Assembly (NCBI GenBank): GCA_021163765.1
Contig: JAGGTK010000053.1
Location: 8,017-72,016 of the forward strand
From: a bacterium
GTDB taxonomy: Bacteria > 4484-113
Reading direction: 5' to 3'
Length of the DNA stretch: 64,000 nt
The position numbers were made by a program, and so were the translations under genes. This document shows, in pieces, positions 9,864-20,515 of this stretch (positions are counted from its first letter, which is position 1; every line of letters begins with the position of its first letter). The notes under the pieces are model-generated. The model was not told the origin of the DNA, did not search any database, and saw only the letters and a program-made list of their open reading frames with translations.

Positions 9864-10796
9864 ATGTCTCCTCAACGTAAAACCCATATTTACGGGCCGG
9901 TACCTTCACGGCGTCTAGGCCTTTCTCTAGGCGTCGACCTGGTGCCTTATAAAACCTGCTCCTATGATTGCATTTACTGCCAGCTCGGCGCGACAACTAA
10001 AAAGACCGTCGAGCTTAAGGAATATGTGCCTACTGAGGAAGTCCTAGCTGATTTCGCGAACTGGCTTGAGCTGGATGGCAATGCGGATTACATTACGATG
10101 TCCGGATCCGGCGAGCCAACACTCCATTCGGGGCTAGCGGAAATTATAATCCGCATTAAAGAACTTACGGAAATCCCCGTCGCAGTTATCACCAATGGTT
10201 CTCTTATGTGGTCAGAGAGCGTTGCTGAAGCCTGCGCACTGGCGGACCTTGTTGTACCGTCGCTGGATGCAGGCAGCGCGGAAGTTTTTGCTCAAGTTAA
10301 CCGTCCACACCCAGACATCACTTTCGACCTTATGTTGAAAGGCTTACAGGCCTTCAGAGAGCGATATGACGGTGTTATCTGGCTAGAGGTGATGCTAGTC
10401 GGGGGGGTGAACGACAGCCCGGGGCAAATCTCCGCTATGGCAGGTCTCATAGAGACCATCCGACCGGAACGAATACAGGTCAACACGGTCGTGCGCCCAC
10501 CGACAGAGAAATATGCGGAATGCATCTCTCCAGACAGATTACGGCACCTGGCAGCTACGCTTGGCGGCGAGGCCATTGCTTCTTTTGACGCAAGCCATAT
10601 GCACGAAGCCAAGTCAAGCCACGCCGGAAGTATCGTGGAACTGCTCAAACGGCGGCCATGCACTGTCCTGGACATTGCATCGGGCCTTGGCATTCATGAA
10701 AATGAAGTGGTGAAGCAGCTAAACAGGATGCTTGAAGAAGGCACTGTGGTAGCCGAGAGGCGCGGCGACAACGTGTTATATAGAGTGGCCGGCTAG
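9864..10796 (+). CDS. radical SAM protein with C-terminal winged-helix-like domain
   Basis: CSYDCIYC CxxxCxxC motif preceded by YGPVPSRRLG segment; C-terminal VVKQLNRMLEEGTVVAERRGDNVLYRV resembles wHTH. Confidence 0.75.
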   Translation: MSPQRKTHIYGPVPSRRLGLSLGVDLVPYKTCSYDCIYCQLGATTKKTVELKEYVPTEEVLADFANWLELDGNADYITMSGSGEPTLHSGLAEIIIRIKELTEIPVAVITNGSLMWSESVAEACALADLVVPSLDAGSAEVFAQVNRPHPDITFDLMLKGLQAFRERYDGVIWLEVMLVGGVNDSPGQISAMAGLIETIRPERIQVNTVVRPPTEKYAECISPDRLRHLAATLGGEAIASFDASHMHEAKSSHAGSIVELLKRRPCTVLDIASGLGIHENEVVKQLNRMLEEGTVVAERRGDNVLYRVAG

Positions 10797-10884
10797 GCGA
10801 AAGGTTCTCTCACACCCGGATTTCCGCTACAATGGTGGGGGCGCAACGGGCGCTTAGGAGGAAGGTCTGGCACAACGGATTACT

Positions 10885-11736
10885 GTGGCTTGCTGCGTGC
10901 TTGGTGTCATTCTGGTTCTGGCTGCTTTCATGGCATTACCGGGCCAGGCGGGGAATGGTGCAAGTCTCACAGTTGAAACTGAACTCGCCCTCGCGGGAAA
11001 GGGCTACTATTACCGGGCATGGGGAGACAGCTGCTACTCGTGCATATATTGCCACGCCAATATCGATGAGGACAAGCTGGACGATGGCTACTGGCGTCCA
11101 GGCAGCTCGCTCTGGAACAGCGCCGCTAGAACTTCTTATTACAACGGAGCATATTCGGGTGAAGGCATCCTTCCGCTCGCACGTTCGGTGAACACCTGCG
11201 TCGTGGCTTTTCTCCAGACGGATGCCTTAAATCTCGGCGATGAGAGAATGCAGGCGCTGCTGGCGTATATCCGCTCCATATCACCTGATGACACAGCATC
11301 GCCGGTTAAAATCACCCGCGCAACCAAAGCTCCGGAAATGGATGGCGACCCCCGCAGAGGGGAGAAACTGTTCGCGGCATCCTGTGTTCTGTGTCATCGT
11401 GATAAGGGAATTCTTCCCAAACTCGGTTTTAAGGCGGATAGCGCCCTGGTTCTTGCTAAAATCCGCGGAATGAAGGTGCCCGACAACGCCAAGGGGGAGT
11501 TTGAAGACGGCTACCCGCCAATGCCATTTTTCTCTATGGAACGTCTTTCCGACCAACAAGTGGCTGATATCCTTGCGCACTGGGATTACATGAGCTTTAT
11601 TCAGGAACAGGCCATTCAAGGGGAAATCGCACCTGAGGAAAGCGCCGTTGAAATGCTCATTGATACAACAGATGCGGAAGCTGAAAGCCACAAAGATACC
11701 CCGGCCGAAGCAGAGCCTGCCGCAAAAGACCATTAG
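10885..11736 (+). CDS. secreted diheme c-type cytochrome
   Basis: hydrophobic signal-like N-terminus; two CxxCH heme-binding motifs (CIYCH, CVLCH); start codon uncertain (GTG 10885 or ATG 10930). Confidence 0.65.
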   Translation: MACCVLGVILVLAAFMALPGQAGNGASLTVETELALAGKGYYYRAWGDSCYSCIYCHANIDEDKLDDGYWRPGSSLWNSAARTSYYNGAYSGEGILPLARSVNTCVVAFLQTDALNLGDERMQALLAYIRSISPDDTASPVKITRATKAPEMDGDPRRGEKLFAASCVLCHRDKGILPKLGFKADSALVLAKIRGMKVPDNAKGEFEDGYPPMPFFSMERLSDQQVADILAHWDYMSFIQEQAIQGEIAPEESAVEMLIDTTDAEAESHKDTPAEAEPAAKDH

Positions 11737-11807
11737 CGGTTAAGGCTCGGCGCGCTGGAGCATTAATACACATTCGTAGCGGTAATTAGGTTTTAGGAGG
11801 AGATACT

Positions 11808-12590
11808 ATGGAATTCAACAATCTCTTGCTGGAAGTAAAAGACGGGCTGGCGGTTCTCACGATTAACCGACCGGACAAGCTCAATGCACTAAACAACGAA
11901 GTGATGAGGGAGATCAAGGCTGCATTCGAGCACATCCGGGACAATGACGAGATCAAGGCTGTCGTCGTCACCGGAGCAGGCGATAAGGCCTTTGTTGCTG
12001 GAGCTGACATCACCGAGATTCACACGCTGGACCAGAGCTCGGGCGCGCATTTTGCGCAGCAAGGCCATGACATCTTCACGCTCATAGAAAAGCTACCCAA
12101 GCCTGTCATCGCAGCAGTGAACGGATTCGCCTTGGGAGGCGGCTGCGAGCTGGCTATGGCCTGCCATGTCCGCCTTGCCAACGAGAATGCCCGCTTTGGC
12201 CAGCCGGAGGTAGGGTTGGGAATCACCCCGGGCTATGGCGGCACACAGCGGCTTCCCCGGCTCGTCGGAAAGGGACGCGCGCTGGAGATGATACTGAGCG
12301 GCAACATGGTTCGGGCGAACGAAGCCCACGCTATGGGACTGGTCAACCACGTGTATCCTGCTGACGAGCTGATGGACAAAGCTGAGGAACTTGCGCGTGG
12401 CATTATGTCTAAAGGACCTGCCGCCGTGGCTATGTGTATCCGGCTGGTGAACGAAGGGCTTGACATGCCGCTTGACGACGCGAAAGCTCACGAGGCGAAG
12501 CTCTTCGGCGAAATCTGCGCCACTGGCGATATGAAGGAAGGGACCAAAGCCTTCATGGAAAAGCGAAAGCCCAATTTCACCGGCAAGTAA
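11808..12590 (+). CDS. enoyl-CoA hydratase/crotonase family protein
   Basis: crotonase fold motifs (VVTGAGDKAFVAGADI, ALGGGCELAMACH); strong AGGAGG RBS. Confidence 0.88.
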   Translation: MEFNNLLLEVKDGLAVLTINRPDKLNALNNEVMREIKAAFEHIRDNDEIKAVVVTGAGDKAFVAGADITEIHTLDQSSGAHFAQQGHDIFTLIEKLPKPVIAAVNGFALGGGCELAMACHVRLANENARFGQPEVGLGITPGYGGTQRLPRLVGKGRALEMILSGNMVRANEAHAMGLVNHVYPADELMDKAEELARGIMSKGPAAVAMCIRLVNEGLDMPLDDAKAHEAKLFGEICATGDMKEGTKAFMEKRKPNFTGK

Positions 12591-12597
12591 CCAGACG

Positions 12598-15500
12598 CTA
12601 ACGAAGTTCGTCCAGGGCGACCTCCACAGCTTTTCGGAGCTGCGGATCGTCCTCTGCCGCGACCACACCCAGGGGAGCCTCTACCACGACGTCCGGCTCG
12701 ACCGGATTGTTCTCCATGTTAGTGCCGTCCAGCCTGTAACGTCCTGTTAGCGGGATCCGGAACATTGTTCCATCGAGCAACTGGTAGTTGCGTGTGCCGA
12801 TAACCCCGCCGTTCGTGGGCATCCCCACGACCTTCCCTAAGCCAAGAACTCTAAACCCGTAGGCGAACATCTCGGCGTTGGAGAAGCTGTGCTGGTTGAT
12901 CAGGCACACCTTTACGCCCCGATACATCTTTGCCGGAGTAATATGCTTAGGTCCCGTGCGCCGCTGCATCATCCCGCTCGGCCGGCGGCCAAGTATCTCA
13001 AAGAGCTGCTCTGCGATGTATCCGCCGCCGTTGTATCTCACGTCAATTATTACTGCGTCATAATCCATTCCGTAGCCGAAAAGGTCGCGCTCGAAACGAT
13101 AAAGGCAATCGTCGTACATCCGCTGGATATGCAGATAGGTGACACGCCCGTCTGAAATCTCCTCCACATATTCCCGATTGTCCCGAACCCACTGCTCGTA
13201 CTCGAGATTCCTTTGTGCCGTGCGTGAGATAGGTCGCGTTCGAACTTCCTCGATATCCCCTTCTGCTCGTTTTACTTTCAGATGGACGGTTCTGCCGATA
13301 GTCCCGTCAAGGGCGCTGAAGAAATCCTCGCTGAAACCCGCAGATTTATCGTTTACCTCAAGAATTACGTCGCCCACGGATAGGCGGCTTTCGTCACGGT
13401 CGCTGGGCCCCATTTCAAGAACTTTCGCCACTTCCAGCCCGCGACCTTCGTAATCCGGATTGAAGTGGACACCGAGCATCCCTACGCTCGCGCCGATACC
13501 CTCAAAGCTCGTGTCTCCCCAGATACCGAGGTGGCTTGCGTTGAGTTCACCCAGCAGGAGTGTCGTGAATATGTTGAACTCCTCGTGAGTAACCGCGTGC
13601 TCTATCATACGGCGGTACTTACGGTATGCAGCATCCATATCCCGCCCGTGTAGCTTCGGGTCATAGAAGCCGTACTTCAGGTTGCGGTAAGCCTCATCGT
13701 ACATCGCGAGCAGTTCTGCCGGACGGTCCAGGAGAGTTCTCGCAGTAACCGCAACAGGAGACACTCCCTTCACCTTCGAGCCGCCCATTTCAATCTTTAC
13801 CAAACGACCGCCTTCGTAGATGCCATACGGGCCAGCGTCTGAAGTCCAGGTCAGCCAGTTCAGCGGCGCAGAGACCCCGACATAGTTGCTCTCACCCGTG
13901 AGAAGGTCAACCGCCCATAGCTTGTAGTCATTGGCGGTGGTGGATGCCTGATAGATGCAGGTTTTTCCATCAGGTGATACAGCGATGTTGTTTATGACAT
14001 CAAGGGCTTCGCTGATGACACGCGACCGGTGTTCGATGTTCCTGAAGTCGATCTCAACGAGCTGCTCATCTTCCTCTGGCGGCGCTTCATCACCTGTATC
14101 CTCGTCATCATCTCCCTCATCTTCAGCTTCGTCCCTGGCTTCAGGCTGTCCAAATTCCATTTCGTCTGTGAACAAAATCCCAGGTGGCTTCAGCGGCAGG
14201 AGATACACCCGCGAGTATTCGCCTTCACGGTAGCTCACGAACACGATGTTCTTACAGTCACCGGTCCACATCGGCCCCCAATTGGTAGTGGGATACTGTG
14301 TGATATTATGCGGCTCCCCACTGCCGTCCGGTTTAACCAGCCAGATGTCCCTGTCATACGCAGGCGTAATCTGCGTATAAGCCAGCCACTCGCTGTCCGG
14401 CGACCACTCCAGCGCCGTGTACCATACGCCACGACGGGTTACACCGTGCGCGACTCGCCGCTCACGCATCGTCTCCAGGTCAAGCACCATCAGGTCGCCT
14501 TCTCCTCGGTAAAAGGCTACTTTCGCGCCGTCAGGCGACAGTCGTGGATTGATGTCCACTTCATGCGTGTTCGTAAGGCGCTTCCATTCGCGCGTATTGA
14601 GGTCCAGTTCGTAGATATTCTGGTCGCCGTCCTTATCTGAAACGAATATAAGGCTGTCGCAGTCCGGATGCCACTGGACCATCCACTCACGACCGGGCGT
14701 ATTTGTGAAGTTCACCGCATCCCCACCATGTGGCGCATCCACTTCTTCCTCCGGCGTGCGCGAAACCGGCTGGATGTAGATATCCCCCCGGATGACCAGC
14801 GCTAGCCATTTGCCGTCAGGCGACGCAACAACCTCATCGGCAGTGCTGTAGACTTCGCGCGTTACATACTGAAACTTGCTGTCACCGCCTGCGAATATGC
14901 TCACACGCTTCGGCTCGCGAACCAGACCTTGAGGGCTGACCTTGCCCACATACAAGCTTCCGTCAGCCCAGACCGCAGCCGTTCCGTCAGTAGCAATGCT
15001 GGGATAGAAAATATCCTTTCCGGTGATCTTCAGGATCTCTCGCGGCCTGCCACCGTTAGCGTCGATCGCGAACACGCTCCTGCGGCCGTTTCGGTCGGCC
15101 GCGTAATAGACATAATTCCCGTCCACGGACCACTGCGCCCAGAACTGTCCGCCGTCCCAGCCGTCCAGGCGCCTGCCATCTTTCCCGTCAGCGTCCATCA
15201 CCCAGACCTGGGAGTTACCCGCACCACGATAGCCAAGCCTGGTGTACGAACTCGGGCCGCGGCCAAACGCAATCTGCGTGCCATCCGGGCTGTACCGCGG
15301 ATAGCGCAGCGACGTGTTGTCCCAGAGAATCAGCCGCTCCTCAAGCGTCTCGACGTCAACCTCCATCATCTGGCTGCCAGGGAAGTTCCTGTAGGTTGTA
15401 AACAGCACTCGCCTGCCGTCCGGCGACCAATCACCCGGATAGTCATTTGCGTCGCTGTATGTCAGCCTTTTCGCATCGCCGCCGGTGGAAGGAATCACGT

Positions 15501-15786
15501 AGATGTCGTAGTTCCCGTCGCGGTTGCTGCAAAACGCCAGCCTGGAGCCGTCAGGAGACCAGCGGGGGCTCCGGTCGAATGCCACGCTGACCGTAAGCCG
15601 TAAGGCTTGCCCACCAGCGGAAGGTGCAACCCATATGTCCCCCTGATACGAGAATGCAATCCGTCTGCCATCAGGTGAAATCCACGGGTATAGCAATCCG
15701 TGAGCTTCGTCGGCAGCGCTTACTGAAAGTGCAGCACAGAAGATGACTGCAAAGAAAGCTAAAAGAAAACGGGCAAGATATCGCAT
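12598..15786 (-). CDS. tricorn protease homolog (PD40/TolB-like beta-propellers + PDZ + S41 peptidase), secreted
   Basis: signal peptide MRYLARFLLAFFAVIFCAALSVSA; multiple beta-propeller repeats (SPDG..AF.S.RDG); C-terminal S41/tricorn core; AGGAGG RBS before ATG 15786; acidic insert DEAEDEGDDDEDTGDEAPPEEDEQ. Confidence 0.8.
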   Translation of the reverse strand: MRYLARFLLAFFAVIFCAALSVSAADEAHGLLYPWISPDGRRIAFSYQGDIWVAPSAGGQALRLTVSVAFDRSPRWSPDGSRLAFCSNRDGNYDIYVIPSTGGDAKRLTYSDANDYPGDWSPDGRRVLFTTYRNFPGSQMMEVDVETLEERLILWDNTSLRYPRYSPDGTQIAFGRGPSSYTRLGYRGAGNSQVWVMDADGKDGRRLDGWDGGQFWAQWSVDGNYVYYAADRNGRRSVFAIDANGGRPREILKITGKDIFYPSIATDGTAAVWADGSLYVGKVSPQGLVREPKRVSIFAGGDSKFQYVTREVYSTADEVVASPDGKWLALVIRGDIYIQPVSRTPEEEVDAPHGGDAVNFTNTPGREWMVQWHPDCDSLIFVSDKDGDQNIYELDLNTREWKRLTNTHEVDINPRLSPDGAKVAFYRGEGDLMVLDLETMRERRVAHGVTRRGVWYTALEWSPDSEWLAYTQITPAYDRDIWLVKPDGSGEPHNITQYPTTNWGPMWTGDCKNIVFVSYREGEYSRVYLLPLKPPGILFTDEMEFGQPEARDEAEDEGDDDEDTGDEAPPEEDEQLVEIDFRNIEHRSRVISEALDVINNIAVSPDGKTCIYQASTTANDYKLWAVDLLTGESNYVGVSAPLNWLTWTSDAGPYGIYEGGRLVKIEMGGSKVKGVSPVAVTARTLLDRPAELLAMYDEAYRNLKYGFYDPKLHGRDMDAAYRKYRRMIEHAVTHEEFNIFTTLLLGELNASHLGIWGDTSFEGIGASVGMLGVHFNPDYEGRGLEVAKVLEMGPSDRDESRLSVGDVILEVNDKSAGFSEDFFSALDGTIGRTVHLKVKRAEGDIEEVRTRPISRTAQRNLEYEQWVRDNREYVEEISDGRVTYLHIQRMYDDCLYRFERDLFGYGMDYDAVIIDVRYNGGGYIAEQLFEILGRRPSGMMQRRTGPKHITPAKMYRGVKVCLINQHSFSNAEMFAYGFRVLGLGKVVGMPTNGGVIGTRNYQLLDGTMFRIPLTGRYRLDGTNMENNPVEPDVVVEAPLGVVAAEDDPQLRKAVEVALDELR

Positions 15787-15833
15787 TGTGTAGGGCCTCC
15801 TAAGTGCCTGCCGAGCGATTATATCATCGCAGC

Positions 15834-16939
15834 TTAGATGGCTGCTGAGTCTTCCATCGGCAAACGCAGCAGCGCGCAAATCGTTGCGTTGACGGGCATC
15901 GGGATGCCATATCGTTGTGCGATGCCAAGCAGCAGCCTATTAAGATGCTTTGTTTCGCTTCTGCGACCCTTTATGCGGTCAATCAATTGCGAACTGAAGT
16001 TGCCCGCTGTGTCGCAACATATGCGCTCGAAGTCGCTAATGAGAGATTTAACACTGATACTCTCATCGCCCTTCTGCACAAAGCTTGCTGCCACCAGCAC
16101 ATCAACAATTTCCCTTGCCAGCTTGCCGGCTATTGGGCGCACTTCATCCATTAGCAGAGCCCCGTTGGGGTGCCCTGAAAGCGCCGCAAGGGGATTTACC
16201 AGGCAGTTCAAAGCAGCCTTGCGCAACATTGTCATATAGATGTCCGGCTGCACCTCGACGCGCAAAACGTTATCGTCAACCTGATTAGCCAGGCTCTCCA
16301 GCATCTCGATTTCTTCAAGGCGATATATGAGAGTCCCCGCGCCCGCTTCCGGCTCCACCGTAAGAAAGTCCGCATGCGGGGATTTCACGCGCCCAAGCAT
16401 CAGCCTTCCCCTCGGAATTAGCGAGAGCCTCGTTCCCTGACTGAATCCTCCGCCAAACATCACTCCGAGATCAAGCCCCGGATGCAGCCAGAACCCGTTT
16501 ACCACAAAAAAGCAAAGCCCCTTCAATCTGGATGCTATCTGTGAGCGCACTGTAAACAGTGAATCCGCCTTGGTGCAGGAAAAACTCACGTCCGGCTGGG
16601 TTTCAATAAATAGCTCCGCCTTTGAAATCAGCTCCTCGTCCGTGAAACTCAAATCAAGGTCGGGTTCGGTCTCTTCCAGCATCTTTAGGGAGGTTGCAGG
16701 CCTAACGGCTGGCTCAAGTCCCTCCGTTGAGATGTTATCCGGATCGCCAGGCACGAATGCCCGCAGGTCAAACTCAGAGCCAGGAGCCTGAAAGCTCACC
16801 CGCAGCCCCTCCTCTCGAAGTTTAGTGCGGATGGCCTCGTTGCGCACGTACCATCTAAGTTCGGTCTCGCCGCCGCGCTTCAGGGCAGTCACGAGCGCCA
16901 TTCCGACAGGCCCGGCTCCTATAACCCCCACACGCACTA
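15834..16939 (-). CDS. ketopantoate reductase (ApbA/PanE) family oxidoreductase
   Basis: N-terminal Rossmann VGVIGAGPVG; PanE C-terminal domain; GTG start overlapping upstream stop (TAGTG). Confidence 0.7.
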
Positions 16940-19741
16940 GCGGTCCTCCTTCACTGTGGACAGGAAGCTGCGCATCTGCTCACTGAGCTTATGCTTCGGC
17001 AGTTTTTTCATCGCAGGCCCAGGCAGGTTGCGCAGGAATTGCGCCCCGTAGTTCTTCGACAGTGCCCTGCGGTCAAGCAGTAACACGCAGCCGTAATCGT
17101 CAGTGCTACGTATTAGCCTGCCGAAGCCTTGCGTGAACTTCATTATCGCAGAGGGCAGCATATAGTCCCGGAACGAATTCCCGCCGTTGCGGTCAATATA
17201 GCGCACCTTCCCCGCAGTAAGCGGGTCGTGCAAATTGGGAAAGGGAAAGCGGCTGATAATCACACACTGCAAGTCCTCCCCGCGTATGTCAAAGCCCTCC
17301 CAGAAGCTGCGGGTTCCGAAGAGAATCGCCCTATCCTCTTTCCGGAAATCGCTGGCGAGCTGGAACCGCGACACGCCGCGTTCCTGCACCAACAGGTTGA
17401 AACCTGCTTCCTTCAGCTTCTCGCCCAGCCCCACGACGGCCAGCAAGTCACTATACGAGTTGAAAAGCACCAGAGTCGCACCGTTAAATACCTGGGCTGT
17501 TTCGTTCACAATCTCAGCCAGCGCCTCAAGGTACCTGTTGTGGGCTTTCTGGTCTCGAAAGTCCGGCTCTGGCACATCGCTTGGCACGAGCACAAGAGAC
17601 CGCCGCGCGTAGTCAAAGGGAGACGCCATAATGCTTTCTTCAAGGGCATCCTGCGGGAGTCTGTTCAGCCCCAGAATCCGCTTCACATAGTCGAACCTGC
17701 CGCCAATTGCGAGCGTGCCCGACACAATCACCGTTGACTTACGACTCTCCAGAAGGTCAGTGAAGTAATCGCCCACAACCACCGGGCACGCTGCGAGCTG
17801 CCAGAATATATCCCGCCTGCGGCCGGCAGCAGACGCTTCTATCCACCTGACCCAGGTTTCGTCCTCCGACAGGAGCTTCCCACATGCTTGCTTCAGTTGC
17901 TCATAAAGATTCACCGATTCACGAAGCTGTATCTGATACCTGTTGTCGTCGAGATAGAAAAATCCCTCCGTGTCACCGCCTGTCTGTTCCGCAAGCTGTG
18001 TTAGACCATCGTTGAGGTCTAGCAGGCGGTCATAGAGAACCGCAACCTCCTCCAGAAGGTTGTCGCGCAGCTCGATTACTTCTTTCTGCTGTGGCTCAGT
18101 CAGGTCCAGCCGCAGCATATCACGCGCGCGCTCATCCCTTAATTCATCAAAGGCCTGCTGCGCTATTTCGCTGAGAGCGGTGAAGCTCTCGTATATGCTT
18201 TCCGCAGCGCCGGGAGCCGCTGCCTGCATCTCCTTGAGCTGCATGTAGTTATCGCGCTTCTCTAACGGTACCTCATATTCGGGAAACGCCAGGCGTGATA
18301 CAAGAACGCGGTTTGAGATCAGACGCTGCAGGCTGTTAGAAAACTCGATTAGCTCAACAGATGCTACACTCGCCCCAAGCGCGTCCAGCAGAACCTCTTC
18401 CAGGTTATGGCCTTCGTCAAGTATCCAGTAAGGGCTGCTGTCCACAAAGGACGCTAGCGGGTCGGTCGCCGCATCCGTGCCCGGATGAGCCAGTGCAAAT
18501 AGAAGCGCATGGTTTACAATGACCACGGGTGAGCGTTCTGCCGCATCGCGCTGCGAATAGAAGTAACACTGCCCAAGCAGAGGGCACTTCTCTCGCAGGC
18601 ACCCCCGGAAGGCTGCGCTCAGCCGTCTTTTCAGTTTCGTCGCCGAATCCGCCGCAATCCCCTCCGGCATCCCGACATACTCGAAATCACCTGTCGCAGA
18701 GCTTGTCGCGTGCAGCGCAAGGCGCATTAGCGCCAGTGCCGCAGCGCGTGTGCTTCCCGGTTCTCCCGAACTGCTGAGCAGGTCACGCAAGTCTGAGCGC
18801 GAAGTCAGAGCGTTCAGCCGAAGTTTCTCCAGACAAAGGTAGTTCTCCCTGCCCTTGAGCACGACCGGAGGCGGGAGGGGCACTCCAAGCAGCTCTACAA
18901 GCTTTGGGTAATCGCTGGTGAGAAGCTGGTCCTGGAGTATTTTCGTGTTCGTTGAAATCAGAACCGGCTCGCCCGACGCAAGCGAATGCCGCACAACCGG
19001 TATGAGATACCCCAGCGACTTTCCCACGCCGGTGCCTGCCTCAATGAGCAGATTGCCCTCGTCAGCGAGAGTCTTTTGCACCCGCTTTGCAAACTGCTCC
19101 TGCTCAGCGCGGTACTCGTATCCCTGCTCGCCGAAATCCCCGTGGCGCAGGCGCGAGAAGACCTCGCCTGGCTGCGGCAACTGCTTCAGCATATCGAGCG
19201 GCGTTTCTTCCCTTGTTTTCGTGCGAGGCGGCAAGTCCGCACGCATATCCTCAGGGAAGTACGGATTCTCTCCAAGTAAAATTTCAGCCGCTTGCAGCGT
19301 GAACAGCGCAGGCGGGAGGCCGCCTTCGTCGGCAATCATCGCCAGCGAAGTTCGTAATCCCTCCGAGATGCCATTCAGCCGCTCAATGAGAATCGCCAGA
19401 GCCCCCAGCGTTTCCACGCCTTCGTCAGGAAGCCCTTCCGGCAGAACCGCATCCCACGTCGGCACGCGCTCTTTCAGCTCAGTTATCGTTCGGCAGGACG
19501 CTTTCTGGCCGCTCAGGTAGGCCACTTCGCCTGAAGTCGCGCACCTGTTTTCAGAAATGCCGAGAGCTTTAGGCTCAAGGGATGATTGGAGAATGTAACA
19601 ATCGGGCTTGAGGCCCTTCAGTGCGCTTGCGGCAATATGCTCAGGGGAAGCCACCGCGAGCTTACGTGCGACCGGGTCAACTTTCAGCGCGGTGTGCCAT
19701 AAATCCTCCGCAACGCCCGCGATAACCGCAATCCTCAACAT
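16937..19741 (-). CDS. DinG/Rad3-family ATP-dependent helicase with approx. 200-aa N-terminal extension
   Basis: Walker A AGTGVGKS, DEGH box (WILDEGHNLEEV), C-terminal helicase domain (VLLLDRR). Confidence 0.8.
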   Translation of the reverse strand: MLRIAVIAGVAEDLWHTALKVDPVARKLAVASPEHIAASALKGLKPDCYILQSSLEPKALGISENRCATSGEVAYLSGQKASCRTITELKERVPTWDAVLPEGLPDEGVETLGALAILIERLNGISEGLRTSLAMIADEGGLPPALFTLQAAEILLGENPYFPEDMRADLPPRTKTREETPLDMLKQLPQPGEVFSRLRHGDFGEQGYEYRAEQEQFAKRVQKTLADEGNLLIEAGTGVGKSLGYLIPVVRHSLASGEPVLISTNTKILQDQLLTSDYPKLVELLGVPLPPPVVLKGRENYLCLEKLRLNALTSRSDLRDLLSSSGEPGSTRAAALALMRLALHATSSATGDFEYVGMPEGIAADSATKLKRRLSAAFRGCLREKCPLLGQCYFYSQRDAAERSPVVIVNHALLFALAHPGTDAATDPLASFVDSSPYWILDEGHNLEEVLLDALGASVASVELIEFSNSLQRLISNRVLVSRLAFPEYEVPLEKRDNYMQLKEMQAAAPGAAESIYESFTALSEIAQQAFDELRDERARDMLRLDLTEPQQKEVIELRDNLLEEVAVLYDRLLDLNDGLTQLAEQTGGDTEGFFYLDDNRYQIQLRESVNLYEQLKQACGKLLSEDETWVRWIEASAAGRRRDIFWQLAACPVVVGDYFTDLLESRKSTVIVSGTLAIGGRFDYVKRILGLNRLPQDALEESIMASPFDYARRSLVLVPSDVPEPDFRDQKAHNRYLEALAEIVNETAQVFNGATLVLFNSYSDLLAVVGLGEKLKEAGFNLLVQERGVSRFQLASDFRKEDRAILFGTRSFWEGFDIRGEDLQCVIISRFPFPNLHDPLTAGKVRYIDRNGGNSFRDYMLPSAIMKFTQGFGRLIRSTDDYGCVLLLDRRALSKNYGAQFLRNLPGPAMKKLPKHKLSEQMRSFLSTVKEDR

Positions 19742-19800
19742 TGGTGTTCATTTTAGCACCGGCGCCATCAGGAACGCGTATGTGCTAGAATCTAGTTAGA

Positions 19801-20511
19801 ATGCGCTGTCCGCGATGTAAAGGTGAGCTTACGGTACCTGAGCTGTACTGCCCGCTCTGCGGAATCCGCTTCCAGGGATGCGCCTACTGCCACGAGCTGT
19901 TTGACGCCAGCGAGCGTTTCTGCCCCTTCTGCGGTCGTCCGGCCACACGCTCTTATTCCTTCGACGATATGGATGACGATTCCGTCGATAACCCCGGTGA
20001 CGAGCGGCTAAGCAGATTGGAGATTGGAGACGAGACCCCTGTTTTGCCAGCGTCCGATGAGCGCTTCACAGTAGAGGCGCTCTCAGAGGAACACGCTAAA
20101 GCTGCACAGGAAACCGCGAGAAGATCCGATGCACTAAAGAATCTGGAAGCCAGGAAAGCCAATCTTGCCAGGGGGAAAGGGGTCGTGCCACGGGAGGATG
20201 GCCCATGGGAACCCAGCGATTGGTGGTTCTGGTGGTTTCCCTGGCCATGGTGGGCCACATGGGGTTATCATCCCTACTACTATCATCCAGCTTTCTACTT
20301 GATGCGCATCTTCGCGGCACTAATCATACTGGCATTCTTTTTTATCTACACATATCCTCAGTTCGTCGCCTATCGCGCCGCAGCTTATCCAGGAACATTC
20401 CCTTCCTGGATGTTGACCTGGCCTTTCTTGATACTGGCGGGAACCATACTTATGGGAATTATTTATGGCCTATTTACGTGGCTAATGTTCCGTGCGAGGA
20501 AGCGGCGGTGA
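19801..20511 (+). CDS. double zinc-ribbon membrane protein (paralog A) with Trp-rich segment
   Basis: four CxxC pairs in first 50 aa; WWFWWFPWPWWATWGYHPYYYHP; two C-terminal TM helices. Confidence 0.6.
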   Translation: MRCPRCKGELTVPELYCPLCGIRFQGCAYCHELFDASERFCPFCGRPATRSYSFDDMDDDSVDNPGDERLSRLEIGDETPVLPASDERFTVEALSEEHAKAAQETARRSDALKNLEARKANLARGKGVVPREDGPWEPSDWWFWWFPWPWWATWGYHPYYYHPAFYLMRIFAALIILAFFFIYTYPQFVAYRAAAYPGTFPSWMLTWPFLILAGTILMGIIYGLFTWLMFRARKRR

Positions 20512-20515
20512 CGGG

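Noticed and set aside
10832-11191. 119-aa ORF overlapping the start of the cytochrome c gene in another frame
   Set aside because: No motifs; the overlapping frame carries two CxxCH heme motifs and a signal-like N-terminus, so that frame is the real gene.
13955-15603. several 90-220-aa plus-strand ORFs (e.g. 14029..14640, 14929..15603)
   Set aside because: Antisense to the tricorn protease gene; Arg/Pro-rich shadow ORFs.
17129-19520. plus-strand ORFs of 125-200 aa
   Set aside because: Antisense within the DinG helicase gene; no motifs.
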